Origin: Takakia lepidozioides
Taxonomy: Eukaryota > Plantae > Bryophyta
Assembly: GCA_030704615.1 (NCBI GenBank)
Contig: CM060732.1
Location: 47,306,001-47,370,000 of the forward strand
DNA: 64,000 nucleotides
Reading direction: 5' to 3'
Made by a program: the position numbers and the translations under genes. A model generated the notes under the pieces. The model had not been told where the DNA came from. It saw only the letters and a list, made by a program, of their open reading frames with translations, and did no database searches. Positions 1 through 13,414 of the stretch are shown here, piece by piece. Within the stretch, counting starts at the first letter, position 1; the number at the start of each line of letters is the position of its first letter.

Positions 1-2181
1 TGCCACTTGGTGTGGTAGCTTCCGTGACAGATTCTCTTGGCATGGCAGATTCTCTAAGTGATTTAATTGATGGGGGAGTGTATATCAATGGGCAAGTCCA
101 GTGCCCACAGCCCAAGAAACGGGAAGTGTTAGAGGAGTTCAGGGACGAACTGTCAGAGAGTGACGAGAAGGGTCCTGACAGCAAGAGTAGGGGCCTAGTC
201 GACCTCCTAGATAGCAAGGAGGAAGAAGCGTGTTTGAAAGTGAAGTCATTGGTCCTGTCTACGACTTGTCAAGTGGAGGAGATGGCTGAAGGTGGCAAGG
301 TTGTGAGACGACCTACTTCGCTGCCTCCTTCAGCAGCAGGGGTAGCGGCAGAGTATGTAACACAAGTTACCGAGTTCAGAAAGAAGGGTTCTTGGTTGGG
401 GGATGTGCTGGAGCTGATTCGAAAGATTGCAATTTTGCTAGGGTTTTTGAGTATCATTCTTGCATTGTTATGGCGACAACAAAATTCACTGGACACTGGC
501 CTTACCTAGTTGCATACTTTATTTTCTGTATCAATAGTCTTCATCCTCAAAAGCCAGTTGCATTTCAGACATGGGCCATTCATTTGTAAGAGTTTGTAAG
601 GGCAAACATGTGGCAAGTGCTCGCAGATAAGCAAGCGGTCTTAGGAGAGGCTCTTTTGTACACTAGGTTTTCATGATAGTGTAACTCAAGAATGTAGCTG
701 CATCATGATTTTGAGCATGCAGTTTGGAGATTTAAGTGCAGCACAAAGATGGCTGTGGTAGCACAGGTGAAGGCATGGTGGGGGACAGCAACGTCACAAG
801 TCACAACAGTCCATTGGGTGGAGAGGTCCAAAGTGTACGACAAGAACCATGCATGTGCTGAAGGCCTCTGCTTGCTGTTCGAAAGGGCAGCAGGCATGTT
901 GAATACTTGTCAGTGATGTGCTGCCTGATTCTCCAGAGAATACCAGTCACATTACGACCCCAGCTTTCGAGATTTGTGGCCCCTTGGGATTGCCCCTTTC
1001 ACTAGCAGTAGTGTAGAGTTTCTGCTGCTAGCTTTGTTCAAAATGGGTTGCTTTGGAAACTTCCGTGCGGGTGAGGGATCTAAGTCTTCTTGCTGTAAAT
1101 CTTCTTGATGAAGTGCATATGACGCTTAAGACAGTGCAAGTATTTTCCCCGATGCTATTTTCACGATTGTTCACATTGTGTACTGGAGGGGGTTGTTCAT
1201 CAAGTGCTATGTTCCTCTCGGAGTCCCTCATTGCAATTCTTGTTTGAAGGCCACTGCTGCATCGTAAAAAGAATTGTGTCCATCCATCAGTTTACAAGAG
1301 GTTGCCTGCGAATGTGCACACTGATTCAGATGGTGCACACCTATTATGTGAGGGCTGGTGAGGCATTGGCTGTCCCGGGAGCACTGATCAATCCCAGATC
1401 TCATGATAAGAAGGAAAGTGCAAGAAAAGATGTTCTTCAGTTCCAATCTCCCATCTGTCATTGCTAACTGTCAGCTGCTGAATCTTGAAGGTGGCGTTGG
1501 GGAACAGTAGCACATGGGCACCGAAGTAGTAGCTAAATTTTTCAGACAAATTGCACAGACATCCACACTCTGCAACTAAGGTGCACTCCAATGTTCAGTG
1601 TCCTACCATCCCAAACGAACATTACTGTTAGGCACATCTGGATGAAATCACGCTAAGCGAAATCTGAGCTTGGGGATAGTTTCGACTGAAGAACCTGGAA
1701 ACTCCGGACTCTGTCTGGTTCAGTCGTCACAGCTCACCTCTAATCCAGACACTCGAGCCACAATGACCGCCATCTGTCGTTTGAATGGCTGTTGATGTGT
1801 CTGAGGCCACTTTCAGCATGGCCACCTGTATGCAGACACGAGGAAGCTTGCAGTGATGTATGGTGGCATTGTTTTGTCTCTTCTGTCTCCCGCGCCACTG
1901 GGGTGTAACAATCTATATGGATTCAGGCTCTATACATACTGTCTGCACAGAGGGTAGATAGTAAGGCATCTCTGACAATCCGCCAAGTGTTATGAAACGT
2001 GGCAGAAGCCATCATGGGATCTCCCTCGGAGTTGTATGTACAAGAGGGCAGCCTCCGAGTTTCCCTCACCAACATCACATTTCTAGCCATATTTTTAAGC
2101 TCGAGCTCCATTTCTTTCGATCTTTCTCCTTCTCAGGTACGTCAATTTATCGTATTCTGTGTATCTCATCCACGATTCAGT

Positions 2182-2980
2182 ATGGAGGTCGTTAAGAACA
2201 TGACTGTCAGCACCAAGGAGAAGATGGGAAAGGCAGCTGCTAGGACTGAAGAGATGTGGGACAAGTCCAAGATCTCTGCTGGTGAAAAGGTAACAAACTT
2301 CTATGCCGCTCCTTACGTACTCACCTCAATGCTCATTTGTGGGTTTATCCCAAATGATTCGGTTTGGGTTTCGAGAGCTGCAACCTTCGTAGCTTGCATT
2401 CTTGTGCCAGGTGCAGAATGTCGATGGAAGGCTGCATGCTGTCCACTGGGGCAACGATCCTCATTGCCTGGAAATTAATACAGACAGAACCATAGAGGAA
2501 TCTTGAGGACGAAGATGATCTAAATTATATTCCCATCCTTAGACTAGTGTACATCAAAGGTTTCTCTGTACTGGCGATCAGCTAGGCTCCAAGACAAGTA
2601 TGGTCCTTGTGACTCCGTACAATCTTACGTCTGGTTCTATATTCCAAATCGCTACTTAATATTTGGTAAGCTGACAGATGACTTGTAACTGATATCAGGT
2701 GGACAAATTGACGGCACACGACAAGGAGGGAAAGGTAGAGGCTACCAAGGAGGGAGAGGCTGAGCAAATCAGAGAGGGGAAGGAGAAAGAGAATGCAGAG
2801 GAAGTGGGTGGCATCAAGCAGGATATCGCAGCGCGCCGTGAGGCCCCCCATACCACCGACCGCAATGGTGCCCCTGAGACTCCAGTTGGCACAGAGACTA
2901 AGACTACCAGCTGGAAAAACTTTCTGCCATCAACAAATGCTCCAACTACAAACGAGGGCTTGGCCCAGGAGGCTACTTGA
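2182..2980 (+). CDS. LEA_1 (group 4 late embryogenesis abundant)-like protein, 2 exons (2182-2289, 2699-2980), about 129 aa
   Basis: Exon 1 is MEVVKNMTVSTKEKMGKAAARTEEMWDKSKISAGEK followed by AG|GTAACA. A phase-0 intron ends in ATCAG and exon 2 continues VDKLTAHDKEGKVEATKEGEAEQ... This charged, Ala/Lys/Glu-rich helical N-terminus resembles LEA_1. The paralog at 13415 has the same exon length and intron position. Confidence 0.7.
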
Positions 2981-4045
2981 AATGCTGCAGCAACTGTACC
3001 ATCGACTGTTTAAGACTGCGATCTCTTTTCTTGCTTGCTAGTGGGAGATCTGTGGCATGGAACGAGCATTGAAGTGCATGGAGGTGTTAGTGGGTTAGTG
3101 GGAATTCATATGAGAGATCTGTAAATTTTAGGAAAATGGGAAGTATCACTCTCTGCCACTCGCTTGCAGATTGGAAGCTGTTAGCTGTACTGGACAGTGT
3201 AGCTAGCATCTCTGTATAGTAGCTGAATTTTTATTTAATCATGCACACACAGTTTGAAATTCAACTGTACCATGATTTTATTCTTGCAGATGCTGCCTGC
3301 CACCATCTGGGGGCACCCCTCCCTCACCCCTCATACCTTGCAACATGAAATTTGATGTGACCACCAGTGTTGTCTGATTCCTCGATAATTATTCTTGAAA
3401 GTTGTGCCAGACCTCAGTAGCACAAGTGGTTTGATGTGTATGGGTGATGTCAATACTTTGTAGTCTTCTTGGTGTGTGTTATGTGGCCTTGAGCATTTGT
3501 AACTTTTGTAAGCATCTTTCTGACCTTGCCTGCTTCCATATTGGCAAACTGTGAACTAGAGGTCTGAGGAACATTTTGTCTATTGATCAATAGAGTTGTT
3601 GGCTTCACACAGGCTGAACACCTGTACTGGCATCTGCTCAACTTTCTACTTGTGGAATTCCTTAGATGCATAGGAGAAGTATGTCCTTGTGGTCAATTAG
3701 GTTCCTGAGGTGAAGAAGCCTTGTAGAAACCTGATGCTAAATAGTAGTTTGCCACTGCCTGGTGCAAAAGCAAGCATACAACCACCCCCACCCTTGTCCT
3801 CTACACCATTATTCTGTATGATACATGATCCTCAGGAAGGCAATATCCCTCATTTAGATCAGGACTCTACACCTGGTTCACCCTTTCTCTACTCCCTTCC
3901 TATATTCACCCAGCTGCACAGTGAACTTCACATAAGTCTCGAACTAATGCATGGGGTTTCTCGAAAACTGTGTATCAGGTAAAAACATTTGCCTCATTTG
4001 CCACTGACAAGCATGGCCCTTCAAATTTTGATCAAAAGGAAAAAC

Positions 4046-4361
4046 TGTTGATCTATTACAAATATGAGAGTAAAACCAGACACACAATCATTGTACTCAC
4101 AATGTCACGTTCTCTTCATTGAGTCTGAAACAAAATGAGCAACAACAGAAAGAGAAACCCCGCCGCTAGATAAAACTAGTTCGAAAGGAGGGAAGAACTA
4201 GAACACGTGGCAATCGTCAAACTACCTAGCGCAAATCACAATTCCAGCAAAAAAGAAAGAACTATCTAGACGAACAAAACTAGTTGCCAGTATGTTCAAG
4301 GATGTAAAAACAACGATCCAATAGTGGAACAAACAAGATCAGCAATGAAATTTGAATCAAA
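4046..4361 (-). repeat. 3' LTR of the copia element
   Basis: Begins TGTTGA on + (TCAACA terminus on -). A purine-rich GCAGTGGGAG tract (PPT-like, - strand) lies near 4362-4372. Its internal part 4134-4323 is repeated at 8801-8989. Confidence 0.6.
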
Positions 4362-7300
4362 CTCCCACTGCTTGGTGCCATTCAATCTTAAGCTAAAACG
4401 TGCTTCCACTGCATCTGCTCCCACTGTTTTGGTGTCAATCGCTTCCACTGCATTCTGCGTCAGTTTCACTTCACTCTGCTGCAGATAGTGGAGACGTCAC
4501 TCCCATCAGCCGCCTAAACTTGCAAAATTTCTCTCTTGCAATGGCCTTTGTCATCAAGTCTGCAATCTGATCGTTGGTGTGCACATATGAGATAGTGATC
4601 TCTTGCATCCGATACTTTTCTTTGATGAAATGGTATTGGACATCCACATGTTTTGTCCGTCTCCCCAAATCAGGGTTCTTCATGAGCTTGATGGCGCTTT
4701 GATTATCTCCCTTAAGCACTATAGGCTTGAATTGGGGAATTCCAATGTTTCCCAAGAGTCTCCTCAACCATATTGCTTCCTTTGTTGCGGAGCATGCGGC
4801 GATGTACTCTGCCTCTGCAGTACTAACGGCTGTACATTTCTGGCTTTGACTACTCCAGGCAACAGCACCATTTCCCATAACGAAAACGTAGCCAATTCTT
4901 GATAGCCGATAATCAAGATCCCCTGCATAGTCGGCATCACAGTATCCTTCCAGAGTAATGCTCGAACTCTTTCCTCCATACTGAAGTCCATAATTCGTTG
5001 TGCGGTTTAGGTAACGAAGCACACGTTTAACGGCTGTCCAATGTGACTTCTAAGGATGCTCACAAAACTTAGCTGCATTGTTCACAACATAAGTTATGTC
5101 TGGTCGTGTCAACATTGATGCAAACATCAAGCAACCGATTGCTTGCCTGTAGGGTACATCAATATCCTCTTTTGTTTCATCAGAGTACAAACTCAGATGG
5201 ACATTGGTATCTACTGGGGTGCTTACTGGGTTGGATTCCTCAATATGAAATCTCCGTATGATTGAGCCAATGTATCTCTTTTGTGACAGATAAATAGTTC
5301 TCCTTGCTCGATCGTGGGTGACCTCCAATCCCACGTAATCACCCATGTCTCCCTTCACGATCTGGAAGAATTGGCTCAGGTAATCGACGATGTCATGCAA
5401 TTTCCCCCCATCGGTGGAGCATGAAATTCCATCGTCAACAAAGATTCCCACAATACTCTCGATCGCATTCTCACAGCTTCTTGCAAAATAGACGCATGGG
5501 TCCGCATCGCTTGGAATCAGATTGTATCGCTGTCAAATTTCTTATTCTGCCTGCTTCAAGCCGTATAAACTCTTCTTCAATGAGCAGACTAGTGATTCCT
5601 TTCCTTGATGAGTAAAATCCTCCGGCTGGTCCATGAAAATCTCTTCTAGCAAATCCCCATTTAGGAACGCTGTTTTCACATCAAATTGTGAAAACTCCAT
5701 GTCATGTGCTGCTGCCAGTGCGAAAATGACCCTGATAGAATCATGACCGGGGAATAGGTCTCATCATAGTCTAATCCTGCCTTTTGCGTGTATCCCTTTG
5801 CAACCAGACGAACTTTGAATCTTTCCACAGAACCATCTGACTTATACTTCACTTTGTATATCCACTTACATTTCACGGTTTTTCTCCCCTTTGGCAGATT
5901 CTGCAACTCCCACGTCTTGTTGAAAATAAGAGAATCATATTCTTCCTTCATTGCACTTATCCACGCTTTCGCTTGCTCTGATGTTACAGCTTCTTTGTAA
6001 GACAAAGGCTCAAAGATGTCCTCATGATCGGTGGCCAAGCAGGCCTTGGATGAAACATACTTCCTCTTGATCAACATATCCCATTCTCCATACCGTATTG
6101 GTTGTTGTCTAACCCTAGGAATCACTTCAGTGTGGTTCCCCCCAATGTGTTCCTCTGAAATAATTTGTTCAGTTGATCCATGTTGAGCATTGATAGGACC
6201 TAATGCTTCATAGCACTCACATGTTCATGTGCTTCTTGAGGAGGTATCATTACTGCTCTCAGGGTGTGATCCTCCAGACACTTCAACTCGATCGGTCCTT
6301 TGAAGGACAATCTCAGGAACTGTAAACATTACAGTCTCAGGGTTTGCTGCAGCCGTGCTTGTAGAACCAAATAGATCATTCTCGTCGAATATCACATCAA
6401 TACTTGTGTGAATCCTCTTACTGCTACGATCCCAGAGACGGTATGCTTTGCTATCATCACTGTATCCAATGAAAATTAGCTTCTCACTCTTTGAGTCTAA
6501 TTTGTTCCTCAGCTACTTGGGGATATGTTTGTATGCTGGGCATCCAAACACTCTAAGGTGAGATACATTAGGTTTTCTCTTCTGAACAACCTCATAAGGT
6601 GTTTTGTTTCCCAACCTTTTGTTGAGTGATCTATTGAGGACATATAGTACTGTGTTTACTGCCTCTGCCCACAGACTTCGTGGCAAATCTCTAGAGTAGA
6701 GCGTACTCTTCGCTGCTTCCATCACCGTCTTGTTTTCCCTCTTGATATAGCCATTTTGTTCTGGCGTATATGGTGAGGACATCTTATGCTTGACACCTTT
6801 CTCAACAAGATACTCTTGAAATTCTCTACCAATGAACTCTCCTCCTCGATCTGTTCTGAATCTCTCAATCTTTTTGCTCATGTCCCTATGCACTTCCTGC
6901 TCTAGTCGTCTGTAGGACTCGAACACTTCTGATTTGTTCTGAAGGAAGTAAACATAAAGATATCCACTGGAATCGTCCTTGAATAGGATGTAGTACCTGG
7001 CACCTCCCGCAGATTTTTCACTCATTGGTCCACAGATATTTGCGTGGGAAAAATGTCCCGCTTCTGGTGCTCTCTTCTTATTCTTCTGTGTGGGGAAGCT
7101 TGTGTGGGGAAGCTTGAGCGATGTTGTTTCCCTACACGCATCCCTCGCAAACTCGTTGTCATAGTCAACGCCAGCTGTTAGTGTGAGACCTTCCACAATA
7201 TTCGCAGTCCTTTTAATCGACTTGTTGTTATGATGGCACAACCTATGATGCCATAACTTCTGGTTTCCAATCTTTGGAGCAGGCACAACCTCTGTACTTG

Positions 7301-8800
7301 GATCATCTCTAGATCTGTTTTCTCCAATGACAGCCTTGATATTTAGCTTGTACAATTTCCCCTCTCTTGTACCAGTAATTACTAACTTTCCCTCTCCTTC
7401 TGCATCAATGAGCTTGCAGTCTTTCTTCTTGTACAATGTAGCAACATCATTATCGGCAGCCTGTCCTATAGAAAACAAGTTTGCTCTCAACTTTGGCACA
7501 TAGAGAACTCCCTTCATGATTCCATCGAGCCATTGACCATTGATGAATCTTTTTATACTTATATCTCCTCTTCCCTCTACCCACAGATATTTGGCTGTTT
7601 GCTATCACAACTGGCCCTGTCTTCTTAATCATAGGTCTCAAGTTCTCGAAGAGCTCAAGTCGATCAGTCATGTGCTCCGAAGCTCCAGCATCAACGTACC
7701 AGGTATCTTTATCGTTACTCTCCACAAAAAATGCCTGTGACTGTATTGCAAAATTTTCAAGGGATATGTTGGAAGCCATCAATGCTTCATCCTCACGATC
7801 ATGCTTAAGATCCATCGACTACTCTTGGTCGAGTTTCTTTGATTGTGAGCATTCACCCTTGCAATGTTCTTTGCTCTTACAGTCTTTGCTTGTCACCGTG
7901 TCCTGTGATGGCTTAGACTTCCTTGCCTGTGGAGTACGCTCGCTTGTCCAATAGCCTCTCACGTGACAATCTTTGCAATCAGTTTTCCTCCGCTCCTATG
8001 TAACTTGAACTTCTGGATGTGCTCCTCCATTTTGCTCATCATGAATGTTCTTTTTCCAGTCCTTAGGAGGTATAGTGTATGGCATTAAGGCTACCACTCC
8101 TCCAAAGTCTACTTCAATCGTCTCTACAATTTTTGCTTCACTCTTCTCACCGAGTTCTCACCACCTTTTTCTTTCCTCTTCTTAGGCTGTGTGCACTCCC
8201 TTGCCCAATGCCTTGGCTCTCCACAATTATTGCAGGTGGTCTTCTTCTTCAAGTTCTTGATGTAGTTCCTATCCTCTGACTTTTCTTTTCCCCTTCTTGT
8301 CATTTAGTCTTGTTGGTCCAAACTAGTAAAGAAAACCTTATCTGTGTCACTCTCCACTATTCCCTGCAGTTTATTCATACTTTCTTGGACTCCATCAGCC
8401 TGATAGTGAGGTTCTTCATCGTCTTGGCATTTTCAGGTACATTTCTCCATGCAGATAGAACATGTCTGTAGGTTGGTGGTAGACTGCATAGTGTCTTATG
8501 ATCGCTTTATCAGAAAATTCTTCTCCAAGATCACTAAGCTGTCGTGCCATATGCTCAATTCTTGAAATGTGTTTAGCAATACTGTCTCCTCTTTGATACT
8601 TATACTCATAGAATTGGTGCTGCAACATATACACGTTTTCTGCAGAATGTTGCTCGTGTGTAGTGGTAAGCTTCATCCACATATCCTTTGCAGTCTTACA
8701 TTGCACCATCATTTGTAAATGATCCATGTCAACAGCCGTACTTAGTATCATTCTTGCAGTATTGTGCTTCTTGTTCCATGCAACTTTATCTATTGCACAG

Positions 8801-8989
8801 AATGAGCAACAACAGAAAGAAAAACCCCGCCGCCAGATAAAACTAGTTCGAAAGGAGGGAAGAACTAGAACACGTGGCAATTGTCAAACCACCTGGCGCA
8901 GTTCACAATTCCAGCAAAAAGGAAAGAATTATCTAGACGAACAAAACTAGTTGCCAGTATGTGGATGTAAAATGTTCAACGATCCAATA
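8801..8989 (-). repeat. Partial 5' LTR remnant of the copia element
   Basis: Direct repeat of 4134-4323 (AATGAGCAACAACAGAAAGA...ACGATCCAATA), fused directly to truncated gag. Confidence 0.75.
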
Positions 8990-9403
8990 AAAACCTCCCA
9001 GCACTGCAAGCTAGCAATCTATAAATGCCAGGGGTTGCTAGATGATTGAATGCAGATCTTCTTTCACAGACCTTTCAGACCTGACAACAAAATCTAATCA
9101 TGAGGTACATAACAGGCAGAGCCTGTTAAATTCTGGTCGCAGATCATGCTCCCACCACCAGCCCAGTTCTAGGGAGTTGGCTGCAGCCTTCAGCTTTCTA
9201 ACCCGAATCCATTTAGATCAGCAAAAAAGCATACATCATGTGAGGCAACTCCTATATAGAGCATAGTAAGAAGGAAGCACATGATGGTAGAAGTGGATAT
9301 TGAGAACATTTGGCAAGACGCAAGTTCTTCAATTGGAAAGTCTGAGTGTGCACACTTAATCAGTCATGTGATGCTTCCTAGCTGGGAACCACCCATGGAA
9401 AAA

Positions 9404-9979
9404 CTACCTGGGACTCTTGAATGGATCAGACAAAGAGAACTCCGGACTCTGCCCAGGTACCTCCCCCAGATTCTTTCCCCAACTGAAGCTTGCTTCTTTG
9501 ATGTTGCCTGAGTCATCGAATTTCAAACATAAACTGTCCCCTCCAGGATTTCTGCCAACTGTTATCCTCACCGGGTCCTCATCCCGGGGCTGCGAGGATA
9601 CAGTATCTGCTTCAGATGATTCAAGTTTCCCCTCTGCATTCTCTGCCTCGATTGGCGAGGGGGCTGCTGTCAGTTCTTCCACTTCATTTAGGTCCTGAAT
9701 TGGACCAGACACCGGAATCTGATCTTGCGGAAGCTGTAGACCGTCGAGAGGCGGCGGCGCCACTGCTCCTCTCCAGTAAGTTTGCATTCCGACTCCAGGT
9801 CCCAGATTTGTGGTAGCTTCCAATTTTGCCAGCACTCTTTGAAGGTCGAGTGAAGATCTTTGTGCTACGTTAATACCATTTGAGACAACGTCTTGTACTG
9901 AGCCATACGGACTCGGATCACGTATAGATCCCCGCATTCGTGTCGGTGTGCCCATTTGAGAACCTAGGACAAGAACCAC
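9404..9979 (-). CDS. Uncharacterised ORF or exon (191 aa), acidic and Pro/Ser-rich
   Basis: Open frame with protein-like composition and no recognisable domain; may be an exon of a larger gene. Confidence 0.3.
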   Translation of the reverse strand: MVLVLGSQMGTPTRMRGSIRDPSPYGSVQDVVSNGINVAQRSSLDLQRVLAKLEATTNLGPGVGMQTYWRGAVAPPPLDGLQLPQDQIPVSGPIQDLNEVEELTAAPSPIEAENAEGKLESSEADTVSSQPRDEDPVRITVGRNPGGDSLCLKFDDSGNIKEASFSWGKNLGEVPGQSPEFSLSDPFKSPR

Positions 9980-11117
9980 GTTAGTCTGACCAGCTTACAT
10001 CATCTTGAGTGCACGCATGGATATCATCGAGACTGTAACATGCATGAGATGTTCGCCGTCACCTTCTTGAGGATCAATTGATGTACATACATAACCTTCG
10101 ATGGTCTTGAAATTTGTGAACTTGCAGAGATTCTCTTTGATAAATCTTCCTTGAGCTTTCAATTTGCACACTCCACCACATCGACAACTCTCTCTCTTGG
10201 TTCTTTATTCTACGTGTCCCGTGCATCCTTTGTCCCTCCATCGGAACATGTAATTGAGTTACAAATTCTCTCTCTCTCACACACACACACACCCCCATCA
10301 TAAGTTCCGAAACCTTCGGAGATCAATGATGCTACGAATTCGCCTTCGCAATTATGAAGTGGGCACCAAGGTTTTGGATTTTTTTCTCACTCTCTCCCTC
10401 CCTCACGAATCCCTCGCAAACAAACACGTTACCTGCCATCACTGCATGCAGACTTGCGTTGAACGTTGTGACTTGTGACCACGAATTCAGCCCCAACACG
10501 CTTGAAGCTCTTTCTGTACCGCCGCCTCACTCTATGGCATCTTCGTGACCCACGTACGTGAAAAAATGCATCATTCTATCAACCAGGTTATCACCGGTGA
10601 AAACAACTTACAATCCTGCGAAGAGAACAGCAACATGTGCAAGAAATACTGTAACCAAGGCAGACAAAGCGACGCACTAAGGTTTACAGTAATTTGGAGT
10701 GTCTGGAGGAAGGAAGGTGAAAGGACGGAGATTCGGGTAACGCAAAAGGTTTAGGGTTTAGTGGTTCGCAAAAGGTGGCGACAAACGTCGTCTGAGCTCC
10801 ATCGTGGAAGTGGGACGAACACAGTGAACCCCCTGCTCATGTGCGACAACATCGTTTCAGGTCTGAAGGAAAACATCCGTTGCAAGCAACAACGCCATAA
10901 CCACTACATGTACAACTGAACAGAACTGAACACTGCAGCAATAACTGCAGTGTGCTTGACAGCTGACTTCAATTGTTAAAGTTCAGTTATGGGTGGCATC
11001 TGAGCAGTTAGAAATCTGGTACTGCGCTATATAAATGACGGGCATTGGACATCTGAGATTTTCCAATTCCGATAAGTCATGAGCAGCCCCAAACATGGAG
11101 AATCTAACCTTGATCAG

Positions 11118-12626
11118 CTAAGGCTTAGCTGCAAAATTAGGAGTCCAGTCACATCGGGCCAGGGCATGGCGAATTCGTTGCCCTCGCTCAATGGGGCGAT
11201 TTGACATGAACCACTCTGACTTTGCAAAGTCATAGACTGCCACTGCTTGTTGGTCTGGATGCTCGACAACAAAGGCCACATGATGAAGGCCTGCTGTGCA
11301 ATCATAAGGTTTGTGTGACATAAAGTGGTCGAAGAGGGAATGGAAAATGTCCCCGGGCATGCAAGTTACAAACCTAATAGCACCTGTGGGGATTCGGCTT
11401 ACGATCTCCACCTCAAATACTTCAATTGTGAAGGGCTGGTCGATGGGGCGAGTCACTGCGTACACTGGGCCATGGGATCTGTATTGCACTATCCTTGGAG
11501 CCTGCACGCATAGGAGTCGACCACCACGGCCTTCCACATTAAACTTGAATGCAACCCATCTGCCCAGTGGAGTCTGCACCCAAAATATCTTGTTTTCCCA
11601 CACATGCTCTACGTCGCCTCCGGTTCGTCTGATACTATGGCCTGTTGTCGCTTGGCCTCCAACTAAAAATCCGTCTCCAACTATGGCTAGATCGGTTCTT
11701 CCATGAGGAGGAAGACGGGCATCACCAAGAGTGGTGCATGCTATCCAAGTATCTGCCATAGAATCGTATGTCAGTATCACAATGTCACTGATACCCTCGC
11801 TAGTTATGTTTGTTTCTGCATTTTCTTGATGACTACCAAGAACATACAAACGAAAATGGAGGCGTGGCATGAGCGTCACTTGTGCGTTTGCACTTGTTTC
11901 AACCAAAACCATGCGTGCCGTCTTGTGCTTCACATAAAATCTGGGGTGTCTTGGCATGATCTTAGTCTCCCTTGTGAGGGGATTACAGACTAGCAAGACA
12001 GACTGCTCCGGATATAGACCAAGGTTATCGTCTTCATCTGACACGATCTCCTCAGGGATGGGTGGCATTGGACTTCCTGGGATGGGTAGTGAAAGTTTCT
12101 CTGTTGGAACAGATGGTGTGAGTTTTTCCGAGACTGGCGGTGTGGGATTCGAGGGGACGGATGGTAGGGGATTTCCAGCGATGAGCGCTGGAGGGGTGCT
12201 TTCAGGGAGGGGTTGTGAGGATCTGGGTTCTAATCCTCCATTCACACACAGAAGTCCCCCAGCTCCCGCAATCACATCATTCACAGCTGCTGGCAGAAAA
12301 TCCAGCGGTGGCAAGATCAGCCACTCCGTTGGAGCTGTCTGTCCTCGGTTGGAATTGTAGGTTACGAACCTTCGGCTGGCCGTTGCCTGGTTGATAATGG
12401 CTGGAAAGTAGGTTGCATACTCGCAAAACTCTCTCTCTCTTACATACAGGCCTGGATGCCAATCGGGTGTGTCACCCGTGGGTTTGCCTCGCCAGCTTTC
12501 CCATGCAGTCTGCAGTTGCGATCTGCTTTGCAGACATTTTTCAAAAATCTCACAAATCTGGTCAGGTGTTTGTGAGTCCCACATGAAATCGGGACGCAAC
12601 ACCTCGATACTCCGGTTGTAACTCAT
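11118..12626 (-). CDS. F-box/kelch-type (F-box-associated beta-propeller) protein, intronless, 502 aa
   Basis: Longest ORF in the window. It has motifs typical of plant F-box/kelch proteins (W..LPPL.FLP, AGAGGLLC, LLVCNPLTRE, YDSMADTW, VAVYDFAKSEW) and a divergent F-box-like segment (WDSQTPDQICEIFEKCL...WESW) near the N-terminus. Confidence 0.75.
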   Translation of the reverse strand: MSYNRSIEVLRPDFMWDSQTPDQICEIFEKCLQSRSQLQTAWESWRGKPTGDTPDWHPGLYVREREFCEYATYFPAIINQATASRRFVTYNSNRGQTAPTEWLILPPLDFLPAAVNDVIAGAGGLLCVNGGLEPRSSQPLPESTPPALIAGNPLPSVPSNPTPPVSEKLTPSVPTEKLSLPIPGSPMPPIPEEIVSDEDDNLGLYPEQSVLLVCNPLTRETKIMPRHPRFYVKHKTARMVLVETSANAQVTLMPRLHFRLYVLGSHQENAETNITSEGISDIVILTYDSMADTWIACTTLGDARLPPHGRTDLAIVGDGFLVGGQATTGHSIRRTGGDVEHVWENKIFWVQTPLGRWVAFKFNVEGRGGRLLCVQAPRIVQYRSHGPVYAVTRPIDQPFTIEVFEVEIVSRIPTGAIRFVTCMPGDIFHSLFDHFMSHKPYDCTAGLHHVAFVVEHPDQQAVAVYDFAKSEWFMSNRPIERGQRIRHALARCDWTPNFAAKP

Positions 12627-13414
12627 GATTTATATCGCTTTAACACGAAAGGGGAGGTGTAGCTCCTTCTCCAAACTGCCTGAGTATCAGCTCTCAGGAA
12701 TTATCAGCCAATGACCGAAGCCTGCAGTCATCGACAGGGCAAAGCTTGGGCAAGAGAATCTCATTTCAATGCTTACCACCCAGCTCGCTGCTGACTGATC
12801 CAATTCAAAAGAATTATACGCTACAGGGCATACAAATCCTTGAGCTTTTTCTCATCTCTCTCTTGGACTGATCTGAATCCCCACCCTTAGATCCTTTCAG
12901 AGCTCTGAGTTTCTAGTCACCCAGCCATTCCTTTGCTGTAGTCATCACCGTTATCAAATGAAAAGAAAGAGAGGTGCAATGGAGGTAACCCCTGAGTCCA
13001 AAGGGTACAGTTTTAGGGGTCCTAAAGGTTCATCCATCCACATCCGACATTGAATCAAGTGATGACGTGTGAGGACGAACGTATGGATGAAGGCAGCAGA
13101 TAGGGGCATGAAGCGTGCAAGAGTCGTCTCTTCCAAGTCGTCGATGTGTCTCGACACTTCATCGCTTTGGTAGGCCAGGCTGAAGCCCAAAGCTTGTCGG
13201 GCGCCGGGTTGGACCTCGCAACAAATGCTGCCACGATTGAGGCACCTGGCAATTTTCACTAGGACGAGACCTGCGATTTAAGCCTAAATGATGTCGGATT
13301 CAGTTCAATCTCTTCTTGCACGAAGTCGCAATCATAGCTGCACTTGATTCAACAGCTGTTTCTCAAGGGACTGCACAGCGCTGCACACAGAGATTTGCTC
13401 GCGGAGATAGAGAT

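Larger units (their letters stand above)
4046..8989 (-). mobile_element. Degenerate Ty1/copia LTR retrotransposon
   Basis: Minus-strand domain order is gag (8416-8790), protease WYVDAGASEHM (7450-7815), GAG-pre-integrase/integrase (6513-7517; RTDRGGEF, TPEQNG), RT (5050-6125; CKWIYKVK, FVDD) and RNase H (4471-5022; YCDADYAG, STAEAEY, TKHVDVQYH). Integrase before RT is the copia order. Multiple frameshifts and stops. Confidence 0.95.

Noticed and set aside
12-1500. ORF 12-509 and neighbouring short ORFs
   Set aside because: No recognisable domain or splice structure; possibly decayed TE or gene sequence, but I cannot support a call.
12660-12765. F-box-like peptide EILLPKLCPVDDCRLRSL upstream of the 502-aa ORF
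   Set aside because: It is in a different frame, flanked by stops and short enough to be chance.
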